A stretch of 64,000 nt of DNA from Candidatus Binatia bacterium (GCA_022823055.1 JAJDXX010000240.1:8794-72793), one strand, 5' to 3'; numbered from the stretch's first letter, positions 1-10,304 are shown. The notes: generated by a model not told the origin, from the letters alone. Numbers and translations: made by a program.

Positions 1-1
1 C

Positions 2-112
2 TACATCATGACGCTGGGCCTGCAGCCCGCCACCGCGGCCAAGGCCGAAGCGGTGCCGGCCGCGGGGTCGTCGAAACAGCCCGCTGTTGAGGAACAGAAC
101 AGGCAGGGTTAG
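2..112 (+). CDS. 3' end of an unidentified CDS that starts upstream of the window
   Basis: Frame open from window edge (...YIMTLGLQPATAAKAEAVPAAGSSKQPAVEEQNRQG*), TAG at 110-112. No motif recognised. Confidence 0.3.
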   Translation, partial: YIMTLGLQPATAAKAEAVPAAGSSKQPAVEEQNRQG

Positions 113-157
113 ACTAAGAACCGTGAGAGGGCTATGACCGCGGAAGGAGACAAGAAA

Positions 158-865
158 ATGGATCGCAGGTTCTCATTGCTCGTCGCGCTGGTGTTCGCCA
201 TGACCGCCGCGCTGGCATTCGGTGCCGTTCAGACGGCCATGGCCGCCGGCGGAACCATTTCCGGTGCCGTCGCGTTCAAGGGCGACGCCCCCAAACCGAA
301 GAAGCTCAAGATCACCAAGGACAAGAAGGCTTGCGACAAGCGGCCCAAGTTCGACTCGTCCCTGGTCGTCAAGGACGGCAAGCTGGCCAACGTGGTCGTC
401 TATATCGCCGAGGTCAAGGGTGGCAAGGCGCTGGAGAAGAAGGCGGTGACCCTGGACCAGAACGGTTGCGAGTATCAACCCCATGTGCTGGCCGTGGCCG
501 CGGGCGCGGACGTCACCATCCTCAACCCGGACAAGGTGCTGCACAACATCCACACCTACAGCAAGATCAACAAGCCCATGAACCGGGCGCAGCCCAAGTT
601 CAAGAAGAAGCTCAAGGTGAAGTTCGACAAGCCCGAGATCATGGAAGTCAAGTGCGACGTCCACGGCTGGATGGGCGGCTGGATCTTCGTCGCCGGCAAC
701 CCATATTACAGCGTCACCGGGGAAGACGGCGCCTTCAGCCTCACCGACGTGCCGGCCGGCAAGTACCAAGTTCAGATATGGCACGAGAAGCTCGGCACGC
801 AAACCAGGGAAGTGGAGGTCAAGGACGGAGAGACCGCCAAGCTCGACGTCGAGTTCGCAGGCTGA
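158..865 (+). CDS. Secreted cupredoxin-like (putative Cu-binding) protein with C-terminal carboxypeptidase-regulatory-like beta-sandwich
   Basis: GGAG 8 nt upstream of ATG 158. Signal peptide MDRRFSLLVALVFAMTAALAFGAVQTAMA. His...Cys-x2-His-x2-Met pattern (HNIH...KCDVHGWM). C-terminal GAFSLTDVPAGKYQVQIWHEKLG block. Confidence 0.6.
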   Translation: MDRRFSLLVALVFAMTAALAFGAVQTAMAAGGTISGAVAFKGDAPKPKKLKITKDKKACDKRPKFDSSLVVKDGKLANVVVYIAEVKGGKALEKKAVTLDQNGCEYQPHVLAVAAGADVTILNPDKVLHNIHTYSKINKPMNRAQPKFKKKLKVKFDKPEIMEVKCDVHGWMGGWIFVAGNPYYSVTGEDGAFSLTDVPAGKYQVQIWHEKLGTQTREVEVKDGETAKLDVEFAG

Positions 866-886
866 TCCTCGGAGCCGTTTGGAGTC

Positions 887-926
887 AAAAACGCCATGCC
901 GACGTTATCGCCGGCATGGCGTTTTT
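887..926. terminator. Bidirectional rho-independent terminator between convergent genes
   Basis: Perfect 15-bp inverted repeat AAAAACGCCATGCCG (887-901) / CGGCATGGCGTTTTT (912-926) with 10-nt loop. A/T runs on both sides. Confidence 0.7.
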
Positions 927-1608
927 ACATGCCCACCCGGCTCTTGAAGAAGTTCCAGGCGCGTTCCATGTCCGGGGGCGGCAGCGCCTCTTTCTGGCGC
1001 GAGCCGGCCGCCTCCCTGGGGAGGAAGCGCGGCGCCCCCACCTGCATGGCGCCGTAGAGCACCTGCGCCGCCTCCTCCAGGTAGATGGCCATCATCACCG
1101 CTTCCGGGATGGTCCTCCCCACCGTCGCCTGACCGTTGCCCTGTAGCAGCACCGCCGCCGCATCCCCCAGCGTCGCGGCCGCGCCTTCGCCCAGCTCGCG
1201 CGTGGAGATGAGGTCGATGGTCCTGAAAACCGGCACTCCGCCGCTGAAGAAGCTGCCGTGGTTGTGCACCGCGTCCAGCGGGGTGTCCGTTATCGAGAAC
1301 ATGTTCGCGGTCCTCGCATGGATCCGCGTGACGGCGTTGACGTCCGGCCGAGCGTTGAAGATGGCCGTGTGGAGCGCGGTCTCGAAGGATGGCGGCGCCG
1401 GCGCCTCCAGCACCTGACCCTGCAGATTCACCACCACCAGTTGTCCGGGCTGCACCAGCTCCAGGGCGATCCGTGGGGTGATCACGAACAGGTCCGAGTC
1501 CGGAATCCGCGCGCTCACGTGGCCGAACCCCTGCACCAGCCCTTCACGGCTCAGAATCCTGGCCGCCGCGATGATGTCCTCGTTGAGCTGTTCGACTCCG
1601 TCCGGCAT
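925..1608 (-). CDS. Class II aldolase/adducin-family protein
   Basis: 227 aa. N-terminal ...LVQGFGHVSARIP..., HTAIF, and VTRIHARTANMF / NGQATVGRTIPEA blocks typical of the class II aldolase fold. Confidence 0.75.
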   Translation of the reverse strand: MPDGVEQLNEDIIAAARILSREGLVQGFGHVSARIPDSDLFVITPRIALELVQPGQLVVVNLQGQVLEAPAPPSFETALHTAIFNARPDVNAVTRIHARTANMFSITDTPLDAVHNHGSFFSGGVPVFRTIDLISTRELGEGAAATLGDAAAVLLQGNGQATVGRTIPEAVMMAIYLEEAAQVLYGAMQVGAPRFLPREAAGSRQKEALPPPDMERAWNFFKSRVGM

Positions 1609-1677
1609 GCTTCTCCCTTTCGATTTCGGCGAACGTTGAACGATAGTGGGACGTGCGGAGGAAACGGCGCTGACGCG

Positions 1678-3705
1678 TCACGCGGGTATCTCGCGTCTCT
1701 GCTCGGAGATGCGGAAGTGCAGCTTCTTGCTGGGCTTCATCGATGGTAGGGGACTGAACCGGAGCTTGTAGTCCGCGGGCGACACATCGATGGTGAAGTA
1801 GTGCGCGAGCATCAGCACGTTGACGGCCAATTGCAGCTCCAGCCACCGGGAGCCGAGGCACGTGTGCGTGCCCAGACCGTACGGGGCGTATCCGGGACCG
1901 TGGTGCTCATTGCGCGGAGGCAGATAGCGGTCGATGTCGAACGTGAAGGGGTCCGGGAAGACGTCGTCCATGTAGTGCGTGGCGGTCTGGGCAATGTAGA
2001 TCTGTGTCCCCACCGGCAGTTCGTAATCTTCCACAACGCACGTATTCATGACGTTTCGCATGGACATCGGGACGATAGGGTACATGCGCAGGCACTCCAT
2101 GAGGAAGCGATGAGTCACTTCGATGGCGGAAGGAGTAAAGGCCTCGCTAGCCGGATCGCCGCCGTTGAACAGCGCATCGGCTTCGTTCTGGATCCTGGCG
2201 TAGAGCGCTGGCTGTGACGCCATGGCGTAGACCGCGAAGCTGAAGGCATCGCCGAGGTACACGCTGGCGATCAGCGCCGCGGAAAGGGCGAAGCGCAGGT
2301 TCGACTCCGGGACGAACTGAGGATCGCTCGCATGCAGGCTCAGGAGGTCATCCGCAAGGTCCCGAGCGGCGTCGGCCCGCTGGGCGGACGTATGGACACT
2401 CTGGACCCGTGCCAGCAACGTGTCGACGGCTTTCGCCCGACGCTTCATTCCCGGGGTGCTCAGCATGAACTTGGGCAGGACCTTCACGATGTGAGTGCTG
2501 AGCGCTCGTTCCTTGTACGTCATCAGGTCGTCGATGATGTCCTGCGTGTCAACGCCCACGGAAAGCGGAGAAATCTGGGCGTTGATCATCCGCCGGCACA
2601 TGTTCGTGGCGGGGAAGGTGTCTCCAACCGTCCAGTTCGCCACGTATTTTCGGGCATGGTGGTAGAGCTGGTCCAGTTGCCCTTCCAGTCTTCCGCGCGA
2701 ATACGCCGGCGCCATGGACTTGCGGAGCCGGAAATGATCGGCGCCATCCAGGGAGGGCAGTACTCCATTCGCGCCATAGACCTTCTCGAAGTCGGAAAAG
2801 TAGTCCTTGGCTCTCAGGTACATGCGACCGCGTTTGTTCGTCCAGCGATTTGTCTCGACTCCGGCGAGGAAGATCATGGGCTTCTTGAACGGCGGGCGGA
2901 TCTTGAACACCGGGCCGTATTCTTGCGCAATGTCCGCAAAGAGAGCCGGGATGTTGCCGTCACGAAGATGTGGATTGAACAGCAGTTTACGCAATGGGAC
3001 CGTCGGGATTTTCTTGGTGAGGTGGGAACGTCGAAGCAACGGGCCGGCAAGGTTGTGGGCGACCGCCTCGGCGATGGAGCGGCCGATCAGTTCCAACTGG
3101 CAAACGACCTTGATACGCGCCTCCGACTCGTCATCGAGTTCGAATATGAAGCGCAGGACATCGCACGTATTGAGAAGGCCGACGATGATGATGTCTCTCG
3201 GCGTAGGAATCTCGTTGTAGAAGATCACCTTCGTGATGCGCGATGTGACGAACTCGACCGCCGTGCCTTCTCCATTGCCTGTGTTGATGTGCTCATGACC
3301 GACAGCGTGGGAAAGCGTCCAGAAGTCGCCGTCGTGATGCTCCAGGATCTTCAGGTCAACGAGGCGATCCAGCGTCAAGTCAATGATCGAGTCCGCCCGG
3401 GGAGCGAGCCGTTCGATCCAGTATCGCGCATTCTGTTGGACCGGTTCCTCGGCGATCTCCTTGAGGACGGAGTCCAGGGCGGGGTCGCCCACCGCTGTTC
3501 GGTCCAGAAGAATCAGGGACCTTCTATCGGTGTCGATGCGGGACACGAGCGACAGCTCCGCGAGCACCGCACCGATGACGGCGCAGTTCAGGTCCCAGCC
3601 GGGCACTTGGTGAAAGTAGCCGGACTCTCCGTTCAGGAGCATCAGCAGCAACTCCTCGGGCAAGCTCAGTTGCTGGGTCGCGATACCGTCTGTTGAGAGA
3701 GCCAT
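1678..3705 (-). CDS. GPP34 (GOLPH3/VPS74-like) domain fused to a cytochrome P450
   Basis: AGGAGG-type RBS before ATG 3705. N-terminal ~220 aa LPEELLLMLLNGESGYF...AVIGAVLAELSLVSRI...GDPALDSVL (GPP34 pattern). C-terminal P450 with ExxR (ECLRMYP) and heme loop YGLGTHTCLGSRW. Confidence 0.75.
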   Translation of the reverse strand: MALSTDGIATQQLSLPEELLLMLLNGESGYFHQVPGWDLNCAVIGAVLAELSLVSRIDTDRRSLILLDRTAVGDPALDSVLKEIAEEPVQQNARYWIERLAPRADSIIDLTLDRLVDLKILEHHDGDFWTLSHAVGHEHINTGNGEGTAVEFVTSRITKVIFYNEIPTPRDIIIVGLLNTCDVLRFIFELDDESEARIKVVCQLELIGRSIAEAVAHNLAGPLLRRSHLTKKIPTVPLRKLLFNPHLRDGNIPALFADIAQEYGPVFKIRPPFKKPMIFLAGVETNRWTNKRGRMYLRAKDYFSDFEKVYGANGVLPSLDGADHFRLRKSMAPAYSRGRLEGQLDQLYHHARKYVANWTVGDTFPATNMCRRMINAQISPLSVGVDTQDIIDDLMTYKERALSTHIVKVLPKFMLSTPGMKRRAKAVDTLLARVQSVHTSAQRADAARDLADDLLSLHASDPQFVPESNLRFALSAALIASVYLGDAFSFAVYAMASQPALYARIQNEADALFNGGDPASEAFTPSAIEVTHRFLMECLRMYPIVPMSMRNVMNTCVVEDYELPVGTQIYIAQTATHYMDDVFPDPFTFDIDRYLPPRNEHHGPGYAPYGLGTHTCLGSRWLELQLAVNVLMLAHYFTIDVSPADYKLRFSPLPSMKPSKKLHFRISEQRREIPA

Positions 3706-3793
3706 TGGTCTCCCCTCCTGAAGCGAACCTTCATTATCAAGGTTGTTATCAATTCTAGCACAGCAGGCGCGAGAGTGATACAAATTCCCTTAA

Positions 3794-4834
3794 ATGAGGA
3801 CGAAGGCCACGAACGCCCCTTTGCCTTCCCCGTTTCCCGAGGGTTGGTACTTCGTAGCAACCCGCCGAGCCGTGCTGAAGGCCGGACTTGTCCAAAAGAC
3901 ATGGATGGGTGAGAACGTCGTCGTGTGGTGTGACGGGGACGGGCGCGTCTGCGTTGCCGAATCGGTTTGCCCGCACCTGGGCTCCGATCTCGGACCTGCC
4001 GCGGGAGGCCGCGTACGCAACGGCCGGCTCGTCTGCCCCTTCCACGGCTACGAATTCGATGCCACCGGCCAGTGCGTCGCCACTCCCTTTGCCCCTCCAC
4101 CCAGGACCGCGAAGCTGCGGGTCTTCGAAACGCGGGAAGCTCTCGGCCTGATCTTCGCCTGGTGGGGGCTCGACGGGCGGGATCCGCAATGGAGCCTGCC
4201 GGCGGGGCCGCCGGACCAGCCGGGCTGGAGCGGCTTCGAGATCAAGACCCTCCGCTTTCCCGGCCATCCCCAGGAGACGACGGAGAACTCGGTGGACTTC
4301 GCCCACCTGCGGCACGTCCACGGCTACGACGACGTGAACGCCGTCAGCGTGTCCGTGGACGGTCCCTTTCTCGAGAGTCGTTTCGACTTCAAGACGAAGC
4401 GGAACATCGCCAGGGTCGCAACCCTCACCTTCGACACCTCGGTCATCACCCACGTCTTCGGGCTGGGTTACTCGTTCGTGGAAATCCGCGAGCACTCCAT
4501 CGGCGTGGATTCGCGCCTGTGGGTGCTGGCGACGCCGGTGGACGGCACGCTCATCGACCTGTCGCTGGTCTCGCAGGTGCGGGAGATACGCAAGCCGCGG
4601 AGGAAGATCGCAGGCTTGGGGTTCCTGCCGGTGCGATGGCGCGCCCCCCTGTTGAACAAGTTCATGGTGTCTCAGCAACGGCACGACGTTCTCCAGGACG
4701 TGGTCATCTGGAGCCGCAAGCAGTACCGATCGCGCCCGCGCCTGTGCGCTTCCGACGGAAGGATCATGCCCTTCAGGCACTACTGCGCACAGTTCTATGC
4801 CGATCCGTGCGAGTCCGACGAGCCCACTCCCTGA
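3794..4834 (+). CDS. Rieske [2Fe-2S] domain oxygenase (KshA/PobA-like alpha subunit)
   Basis: Rieske motif CPHLGSDL...x17...CPFHGYEF. About 340 aa single-subunit architecture. Divergent from the P450 fusion. Confidence 0.8.
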   Translation: MRTKATNAPLPSPFPEGWYFVATRRAVLKAGLVQKTWMGENVVVWCDGDGRVCVAESVCPHLGSDLGPAAGGRVRNGRLVCPFHGYEFDATGQCVATPFAPPPRTAKLRVFETREALGLIFAWWGLDGRDPQWSLPAGPPDQPGWSGFEIKTLRFPGHPQETTENSVDFAHLRHVHGYDDVNAVSVSVDGPFLESRFDFKTKRNIARVATLTFDTSVITHVFGLGYSFVEIREHSIGVDSRLWVLATPVDGTLIDLSLVSQVREIRKPRRKIAGLGFLPVRWRAPLLNKFMVSQQRHDVLQDVVIWSRKQYRSRPRLCASDGRIMPFRHYCAQFYADPCESDEPTP

Positions 4835-4880
4835 CGCTCCGTAGGCGTCGGAGTGGACGACAGCGCGGTGGTGGATCGAA

Positions 4881-7169
4881 TCAGGTCTTCCGGTCGATGA
4901 CCATCAGCAGAGGCGGGAGTAGGAGCAGGTCGAGGACCAAGGCGAAGCCGATGGTGAGCGCCACAAGCAGGCCGAGCATCCAACTGATGGCGAATCCCGA
5001 CGAAGCGAACACCAGGAAGCCCAGCACCAGCATCAGGGTCGTGATGGCGCACTCACGACCTACCGAGTTGAACGAGTAGCGTACGGCCTCCGGCGCGGAC
5101 CGGCCCTCGCGACGCGCTTCCAGGTACTTGGCCATGAGGTGAATCGTGTCGTCCACGACGGTGCCGAAGGCGATGGCGGTTACGAGAGATCCGGCGGGCC
5201 CCACCTCGCTGTACAGGTAGCCCCACACACCGAAGGCCATGGCCGCCGGGACGAGGTTGGGCACGAGGCTGAGGAGGCCGAGGCGCACGCTCCTGAAAAT
5301 CCCGATCAGGATCAGCGAGATCACCACCATGCCGGTGAGCGTGCCCCACAACATGCTCAAGGTGTTGCGGATGGCCAGGTGCGCGAAGATGAGGCTGTAG
5401 CCCGATGCCCCGCTCGCGAGGTCGGAGGCGTTCGCGCGAAGCCAATCCTGCCCGCGCATTTCGAGCGCGCGCAGTTCCTCGGACTTCAGCCTGCGGACCG
5501 TGACGGTCATGCGCGTCGCGGACTTGGCGACGTTGATGCGGTTGTTGAGGTCCATGCCGAAGGGAACCGAAAGCTCGTAGAGCAGCAGGTACTGGGCGGC
5601 AAGCTCGGGGTCGTCAGGCAGGCGGTAGAACGCGGGATCGTCGCCGTGCATGTTCTTGTTGAGACGCTTCATGATGTCCGAGAACACCTGCACGTGCGCC
5701 ACCTCCGGCTGGGCGCGGTACCATTCGGCGAAAGCGTCGACCTTGCCGAGATAGGCGGGATCGGTGATGCCGCCGTCGCGCCCGGAGTTCAGGCTGTACT
5801 CCAGGGTTTCGACGCCGGTCAGGTTCTCGATGACGAAGTCGGTATCGCGCCGGAACGCGTACCGCTCATCCAGATGCGTCGTCCAATTGTCCGTCAGTTC
5901 GACGCGGGGCACGCCAACCAGGAGGACCACCGCCACGGCGCCCACGAAACAGAGCAGCAGCGTGCGGCGCGCGACCACGAAGGCGCCGAGCCACTCGAAG
6001 AAAGCGGAACTCCCGGCGCGCGCGGCGCGCCCGCGCAGCGGCAGCACCGACAGCAGCGCCGGCAGGAGCGTCACCGAATACACGTACGCGGCGGCCATGC
6101 CCACCGCCACCATATTGCCGAGAATCCGGAAGGGCGGAGAGTCCGACGCGTTCATGCTCAGGAACCCGATGATCGTCGTGATCGACGTCAGGAACACCGG
6201 CCAGGCATTCTCGCGCAGCGATTCGGCGATGGCCGCGTCCCGGTCCAGACCCCGGCTCATGCCGGCCATCATCGTCCCGATGATATGCACCGAGTCCGCG
6301 ATGGCGAGGGTCATGATGATGAGCGGAACGCCGGAGTTGGCGGCGTTGAGCACCAGGCCGGTCCAGCCGACGATGCCCATAGTGGAGCCGATGACGAAGA
6401 TGAGCACGGCGATGAGGCACAGCGTGCCCAACAGCGAGCGCAGAAGGATGGCTCCGACGGTCACGATGACCAGGAACGCCAGGGGGGCAAGAACTCCCAT
6501 GTCGTCCTGGGCCGCTTCGGTCAGGACCTGGTTCACGAAGACGTTGCCGGTCACGTGATAGGCGATGTCCGGATGCTTCGCGCGGACCTCGTCCAGGAGG
6601 CCGTGGAGATAGTTGAAAATCTGGATTTCGGCGGCGTCCGAGTGGTCGGGCAAGACGAAGCTCAGCGCCAGTCCGGCCACGCGCCCGTCGCGGGACACGA
6701 GGCGGCCCACGATGCTGGGCTCGCCCAAGGCAATGCTCTTGATCCGCGCAAGGTCTTCAACGCTGAGCGCCTCCGCGCCGTCCACGAGCCGCTCGACCTT
6801 GAGGTCGTCCTCCACCGACTCGGTGTGGTTGTAGTTCGTGAGGGAATCGACCCGGCTGGACCAGGGCACCTGCCACGCCGCCTCGGTCAGCTCCTCGATG
6901 GCGCCCAGCGCTTCGCGGGTGAATACCGTGCCGCTCTTGGGCGCCACCGCGATGATCGCGCCGTTCGTCGCCGTATAGGTATCCTCCAAGGCATCGAAAG
7001 CGACGAGTTCGGGATTGCCCTCGTCCAGCATGTCGCGCCAGTCATTGGAGATGACGATGAATTGGAGGCCGGCGGCGAGAGCCAGCATGACCGCCACGGA
7101 CGACGCGAGCATCAGCCATCGGCGGCGCAGCATGAACGCGATGTAGTGGTCGAGGAAGAGAGAGTGCAT
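4881..7169 (-). CDS. RND-superfamily exporter, MMPL/HpnN-like
   Basis: 762 aa. Two repeats of a large loop plus a 5-6 TM bundle (e.g. ...VPLIIMTLAIADSVHI... and ...AFGTVVDDTIHLM...), typical of MMPL/RND exporters. Confidence 0.8.
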   Translation of the reverse strand: MHSLFLDHYIAFMLRRRWLMLASSVAVMLALAAGLQFIVISNDWRDMLDEGNPELVAFDALEDTYTATNGAIIAVAPKSGTVFTREALGAIEELTEAAWQVPWSSRVDSLTNYNHTESVEDDLKVERLVDGAEALSVEDLARIKSIALGEPSIVGRLVSRDGRVAGLALSFVLPDHSDAAEIQIFNYLHGLLDEVRAKHPDIAYHVTGNVFVNQVLTEAAQDDMGVLAPLAFLVIVTVGAILLRSLLGTLCLIAVLIFVIGSTMGIVGWTGLVLNAANSGVPLIIMTLAIADSVHIIGTMMAGMSRGLDRDAAIAESLRENAWPVFLTSITTIIGFLSMNASDSPPFRILGNMVAVGMAAAYVYSVTLLPALLSVLPLRGRAARAGSSAFFEWLGAFVVARRTLLLCFVGAVAVVLLVGVPRVELTDNWTTHLDERYAFRRDTDFVIENLTGVETLEYSLNSGRDGGITDPAYLGKVDAFAEWYRAQPEVAHVQVFSDIMKRLNKNMHGDDPAFYRLPDDPELAAQYLLLYELSVPFGMDLNNRINVAKSATRMTVTVRRLKSEELRALEMRGQDWLRANASDLASGASGYSLIFAHLAIRNTLSMLWGTLTGMVVISLILIGIFRSVRLGLLSLVPNLVPAAMAFGVWGYLYSEVGPAGSLVTAIAFGTVVDDTIHLMAKYLEARREGRSAPEAVRYSFNSVGRECAITTLMLVLGFLVFASSGFAISWMLGLLVALTIGFALVLDLLLLPPLLMVIDRKT

Positions 7170-7312
7170 GGCTTTGTATTCAATAGTTGGAAACCACGGC
7201 TACGGTCAACTGAACCCGTCAATTGCCAAGACCAAAGAAATCGCTCCCTTGCTCCTCTCGGTCAAATGGGGTAGGGCATTCAACGCATGACGACCCCACG
7301 AGGAGGATGCCC

Positions 7313-8350
7313 ATGTATTTCAAGACACTGTGCGGTTCGTTGCTGGTGCTTCTGGGAATGGCGGGCTTGTCCGCGACGGGCGCCGAGGGTTCGTCCGCTG
7401 CCGACTTCTACCGGAACAAGACGATGCGCATCATCGTCGGCTACACGCCCGGCGGCGCCTTCGACACCTACTCCCGTCTTGTGGCGCGGCACATGCCAAG
7501 GTATCTCCCCGGCAACCCCAAGTTCATCGTGCAGAACAAGCCGGGCGCGGGGGGCTTCGTGGCGGCGCGCAGCGTCTTCACGGTGGAGCCCAAGGACGGC
7601 ACGGTGTTCGTGAGCACCAATCAGGGGCTGGTGCTGCAGAGTGCCATCGGCCGCAAGGGCATCGACATCGACATGGGCAGGTTCAACTGGCTGGGCGCGG
7701 CCAACAAGCCGCGTGGCGGTTGCGTGGTGCGCAAGGACCTGGGCATCGACAGCATCGAGGACGTCACCAGGCGCGAGGTCACCACCGGCACCAGCACCCC
7801 CGGTTCCATGGGCTATGATATTCCCGCAGTGCTGAACGCGGCGCTGGGGACCAAGTTCAAGATGATCACGGGCTACCGGGGCATCGCCCCCGTACAGGCC
7901 GCGTTGCTGCGCAAGGAGGTGGACGCCTTCTGTCCGGCCGATCCATTGGCAGGGGTTCTCGCCACGACCCTCCGGGGCGAGGATGCGGCGGCCAAGGTGA
8001 TCGTGATCATGGGCGAGGAACCGTCGGACGCACCGCTCCTCAAGGGTGTGCCGGCCGCGGGCATGCTCGCCAAGACCGCGGAGCAGAAGGAGATGCTGCG
8101 GGCCATCAATGCTCCCTTGAGCATGGCTTTCCCATGGGCCGTGGCGCCCGAGGTGCCGGCGGAACGGGTCAAGGTCCTGCGCGACGCCATGGAGAAGACC
8201 TTCAACGACGCCAAGTTCCGCGCCGAAGCCAAGAAGGCCAAGATGGGCGTCCACTTCAGCAACGGCCAGGAAGTGAGCCGGATCGTGAGCGGCATGGTGA
8301 ACGCGTCGGCGGAGACCTTGGCCAAGCTCAAGGCAGTCCTCGGCAACTAG
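7313..8350 (+). CDS. Tripartite tricarboxylate transporter substrate-binding protein (Bug/TctC family)
   Basis: GGAGG 6 nt before ATG 7313. Signal peptide. Bug-family N-terminus FYRNKTMRIIVGYTPGGAFDTYSRLVARHM...NKPGAGG. No tctA/tctB adjacent. Confidence 0.8.
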   Translation: MYFKTLCGSLLVLLGMAGLSATGAEGSSAADFYRNKTMRIIVGYTPGGAFDTYSRLVARHMPRYLPGNPKFIVQNKPGAGGFVAARSVFTVEPKDGTVFVSTNQGLVLQSAIGRKGIDIDMGRFNWLGAANKPRGGCVVRKDLGIDSIEDVTRREVTTGTSTPGSMGYDIPAVLNAALGTKFKMITGYRGIAPVQAALLRKEVDAFCPADPLAGVLATTLRGEDAAAKVIVIMGEEPSDAPLLKGVPAAGMLAKTAEQKEMLRAINAPLSMAFPWAVAPEVPAERVKVLRDAMEKTFNDAKFRAEAKKAKMGVHFSNGQEVSRIVSGMVNASAETLAKLKAVLGN

Positions 8351-8492
8351 TGTCCTGCGTCACACCATGAACTCATGAATCCGTGGGTTCTTTGGCCGCT
8401 GGCTGACAGACGGCCGGCTTGAGCCCGTGGGGCCCTTGGTTCCACGACACGTTGGGGGTGAACCGGTGAGCGTCGATCAGCAGAGCCGCAGG

Positions 8493-10151
8493 ATGTCGGG
8501 AGGCCACGCGGTGGCGTGGTCCTTGCGCAACGAGGGAGTGCGCCACGCCTTCTCCGTGCCGGGCGAGAGCTACATCGCCCTGCTGGACGGGCTTCGGGAC
8601 ATCCCCGAGATCACCCTCATCACCAACCGCCACGAGGGCAGCGCGTGTCTCATGGCCGAGGCCTACGGCAAGACCACCCGCACGCCCGGCGTGTGCATCG
8701 TCACCCGCGGCCCCGGCGCCACCAACGCCAGCATCGGGGTGCACCTCGCCAAGTACGATTCCACGCCGCTGGTCCTGCTCATCGGCCAGGTGGCGCGGGC
8801 GCACCGGGGCCGGGAGGCCGGACAGGAACTCGACTACACGCACTTCTTCGGCAGCATCGCCAAGTGGGTCATCGAGATCAACGACCCGCGCGAGGCGCCG
8901 CGCATCATGGCGCGGGCGTTCCACGTGGCGCGGTCGGGCCGCCCGGGTCCCGTGGTGGTGTCCCTCCCCCGGGACATGCTCGAGGAAGAGGCGGACATCA
9001 CCATGGTGGACCCATATCCCGAGGTCCGGCCGAGCCCGGATCCGGAGCTGATCCGAGAGATGGTGGAGCGTGTCAACCGCGCCGAGAGGCCGGTGCTCCT
9101 GGCGGGTTCCGGCGCCCAGTACGCGCGCGCCCGGGACGAGTTGGTGGGCTTCGCCGAGAAGTTCCAGATACCGGTATTGAGCGCCTTCAAGCGCCAGGAC
9201 GCGTTCCCCAACACGCATCCGCACTACGTCGGCAACCTGGGCAGCCGCAACAACCACTCGCGCCGGATCGTGGATGAAGACGCCGACCTGCTGCTCATCG
9301 TCGGCTGCCGGGTCAACCAGCAGGTGTCCGGCAATTACCGGCTGCCGCACGCGGGGCTGGCGACCATCCAGATCGACGCCGACGCCGGCAACATCGGCCA
9401 GAACTTCAGCCCGGACATGGCCGTGCTGGCGGATCCGCGCAAGGCCCTGTCAGCGGCGCTGGAGTGCGACGGCGCCGGTCCCAACGAAGCGCGTGCCGCC
9501 TGGATCGCCGATTATCACGCCCGGCAGCGAGCCTACGCCACCCCGCCCGAGCGCCCCACCGGCGCCGTCTCCATGGAGCGGGTCATGGCGGACATCAAGG
9601 CCACGGTCCCGCCGGACACGATCCACACCCACGACGCCGGCAGCTTCGGCGGCTGGGTGCAGCGCTACATCGAGTTCGACCACGCCGATTCCTACATCGT
9701 TCCCAACTTGGGCAGCATGGGCCCCGGCGTGCCCGCCGCGGTAGCCGCCAGGCTGGCCCATCCCGACCGCACCGTTATCGCCCACGTGGGCGACGGCGGC
9801 TTCCTCATGACTGGCCAGGAGATCGCCACCGCGCGCCAGTACGGCGTGAAGATTATCGTGATGGTGTACGCCAACGGCTCCTACGGCACCATCCGCGTGG
9901 ACCAGGAGGCCCAGTATCCGGGGAGGAACTACGGCACCGATTTGGTGAACCCCGACTTCGCCGCCTTGGGGAACGGTTACGGCGCCCTGGGCATAAAGGT
10001 CACCCGCGACGACGAGGTCCTGCCCGCGCTCAAGCAGGCCCTGGCCGCTCCCGGCCCCGCCCTCATCGAGGTGATTACCGACCTGGAGTACGTTTCGCCC
10101 ACCACAACCCTCACGGAAGCGGCTGCATCGCGAAGCGTCGCGTCGTCATGA
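8493..10151 (+). CDS. Thiamine-diphosphate-dependent enzyme (acetolactate-synthase-like large subunit family)
   Basis: N-terminal Pyr domain ...RHEGSACLMAEAYGK...GPGATNA... C-terminal ThDP motif GDGGFLMTGQE...NGSYGTI. Start (ATG 8493) uncertain. Confidence 0.8.
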   Translation: MSGGHAVAWSLRNEGVRHAFSVPGESYIALLDGLRDIPEITLITNRHEGSACLMAEAYGKTTRTPGVCIVTRGPGATNASIGVHLAKYDSTPLVLLIGQVARAHRGREAGQELDYTHFFGSIAKWVIEINDPREAPRIMARAFHVARSGRPGPVVVSLPRDMLEEEADITMVDPYPEVRPSPDPELIREMVERVNRAERPVLLAGSGAQYARARDELVGFAEKFQIPVLSAFKRQDAFPNTHPHYVGNLGSRNNHSRRIVDEDADLLLIVGCRVNQQVSGNYRLPHAGLATIQIDADAGNIGQNFSPDMAVLADPRKALSAALECDGAGPNEARAAWIADYHARQRAYATPPERPTGAVSMERVMADIKATVPPDTIHTHDAGSFGGWVQRYIEFDHADSYIVPNLGSMGPGVPAAVAARLAHPDRTVIAHVGDGGFLMTGQEIATARQYGVKIIVMVYANGSYGTIRVDQEAQYPGRNYGTDLVNPDFAALGNGYGALGIKVTRDDEVLPALKQALAAPGPALIEVITDLEYVSPTTTLTEAAASRSVASS

Positions 10152-10304
10152 CGGCGTAGACCCCGCGGGCCAGGAGCCTGCGCCACAGAAGACGGCTTGA
10201 ATTGTCATGCCTTGTTGAGTCCGTGATTCCCTGTTGCATTCGATCGTTCCCGCGCAACAGGCTGTGTCAAAATCCCATCTTGGAAAGCCAGCAACCCCCT
10301 GAAA

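Noticed and set aside
5139-7274. Very long ORFs antisense to well-supported genes: 5139..7274 (+), 12036..13343 (-), 43787..45916 (-), 60748..62133 (-), 62777..63931 (-), 8373..9350 (-).
   Set aside because: Arg/Gly/His/Pro-rich, motif-free translations typical of stop-codon-poor antisense frames in high-GC DNA. Each fully overlaps a gene with clear family motifs and RBS.
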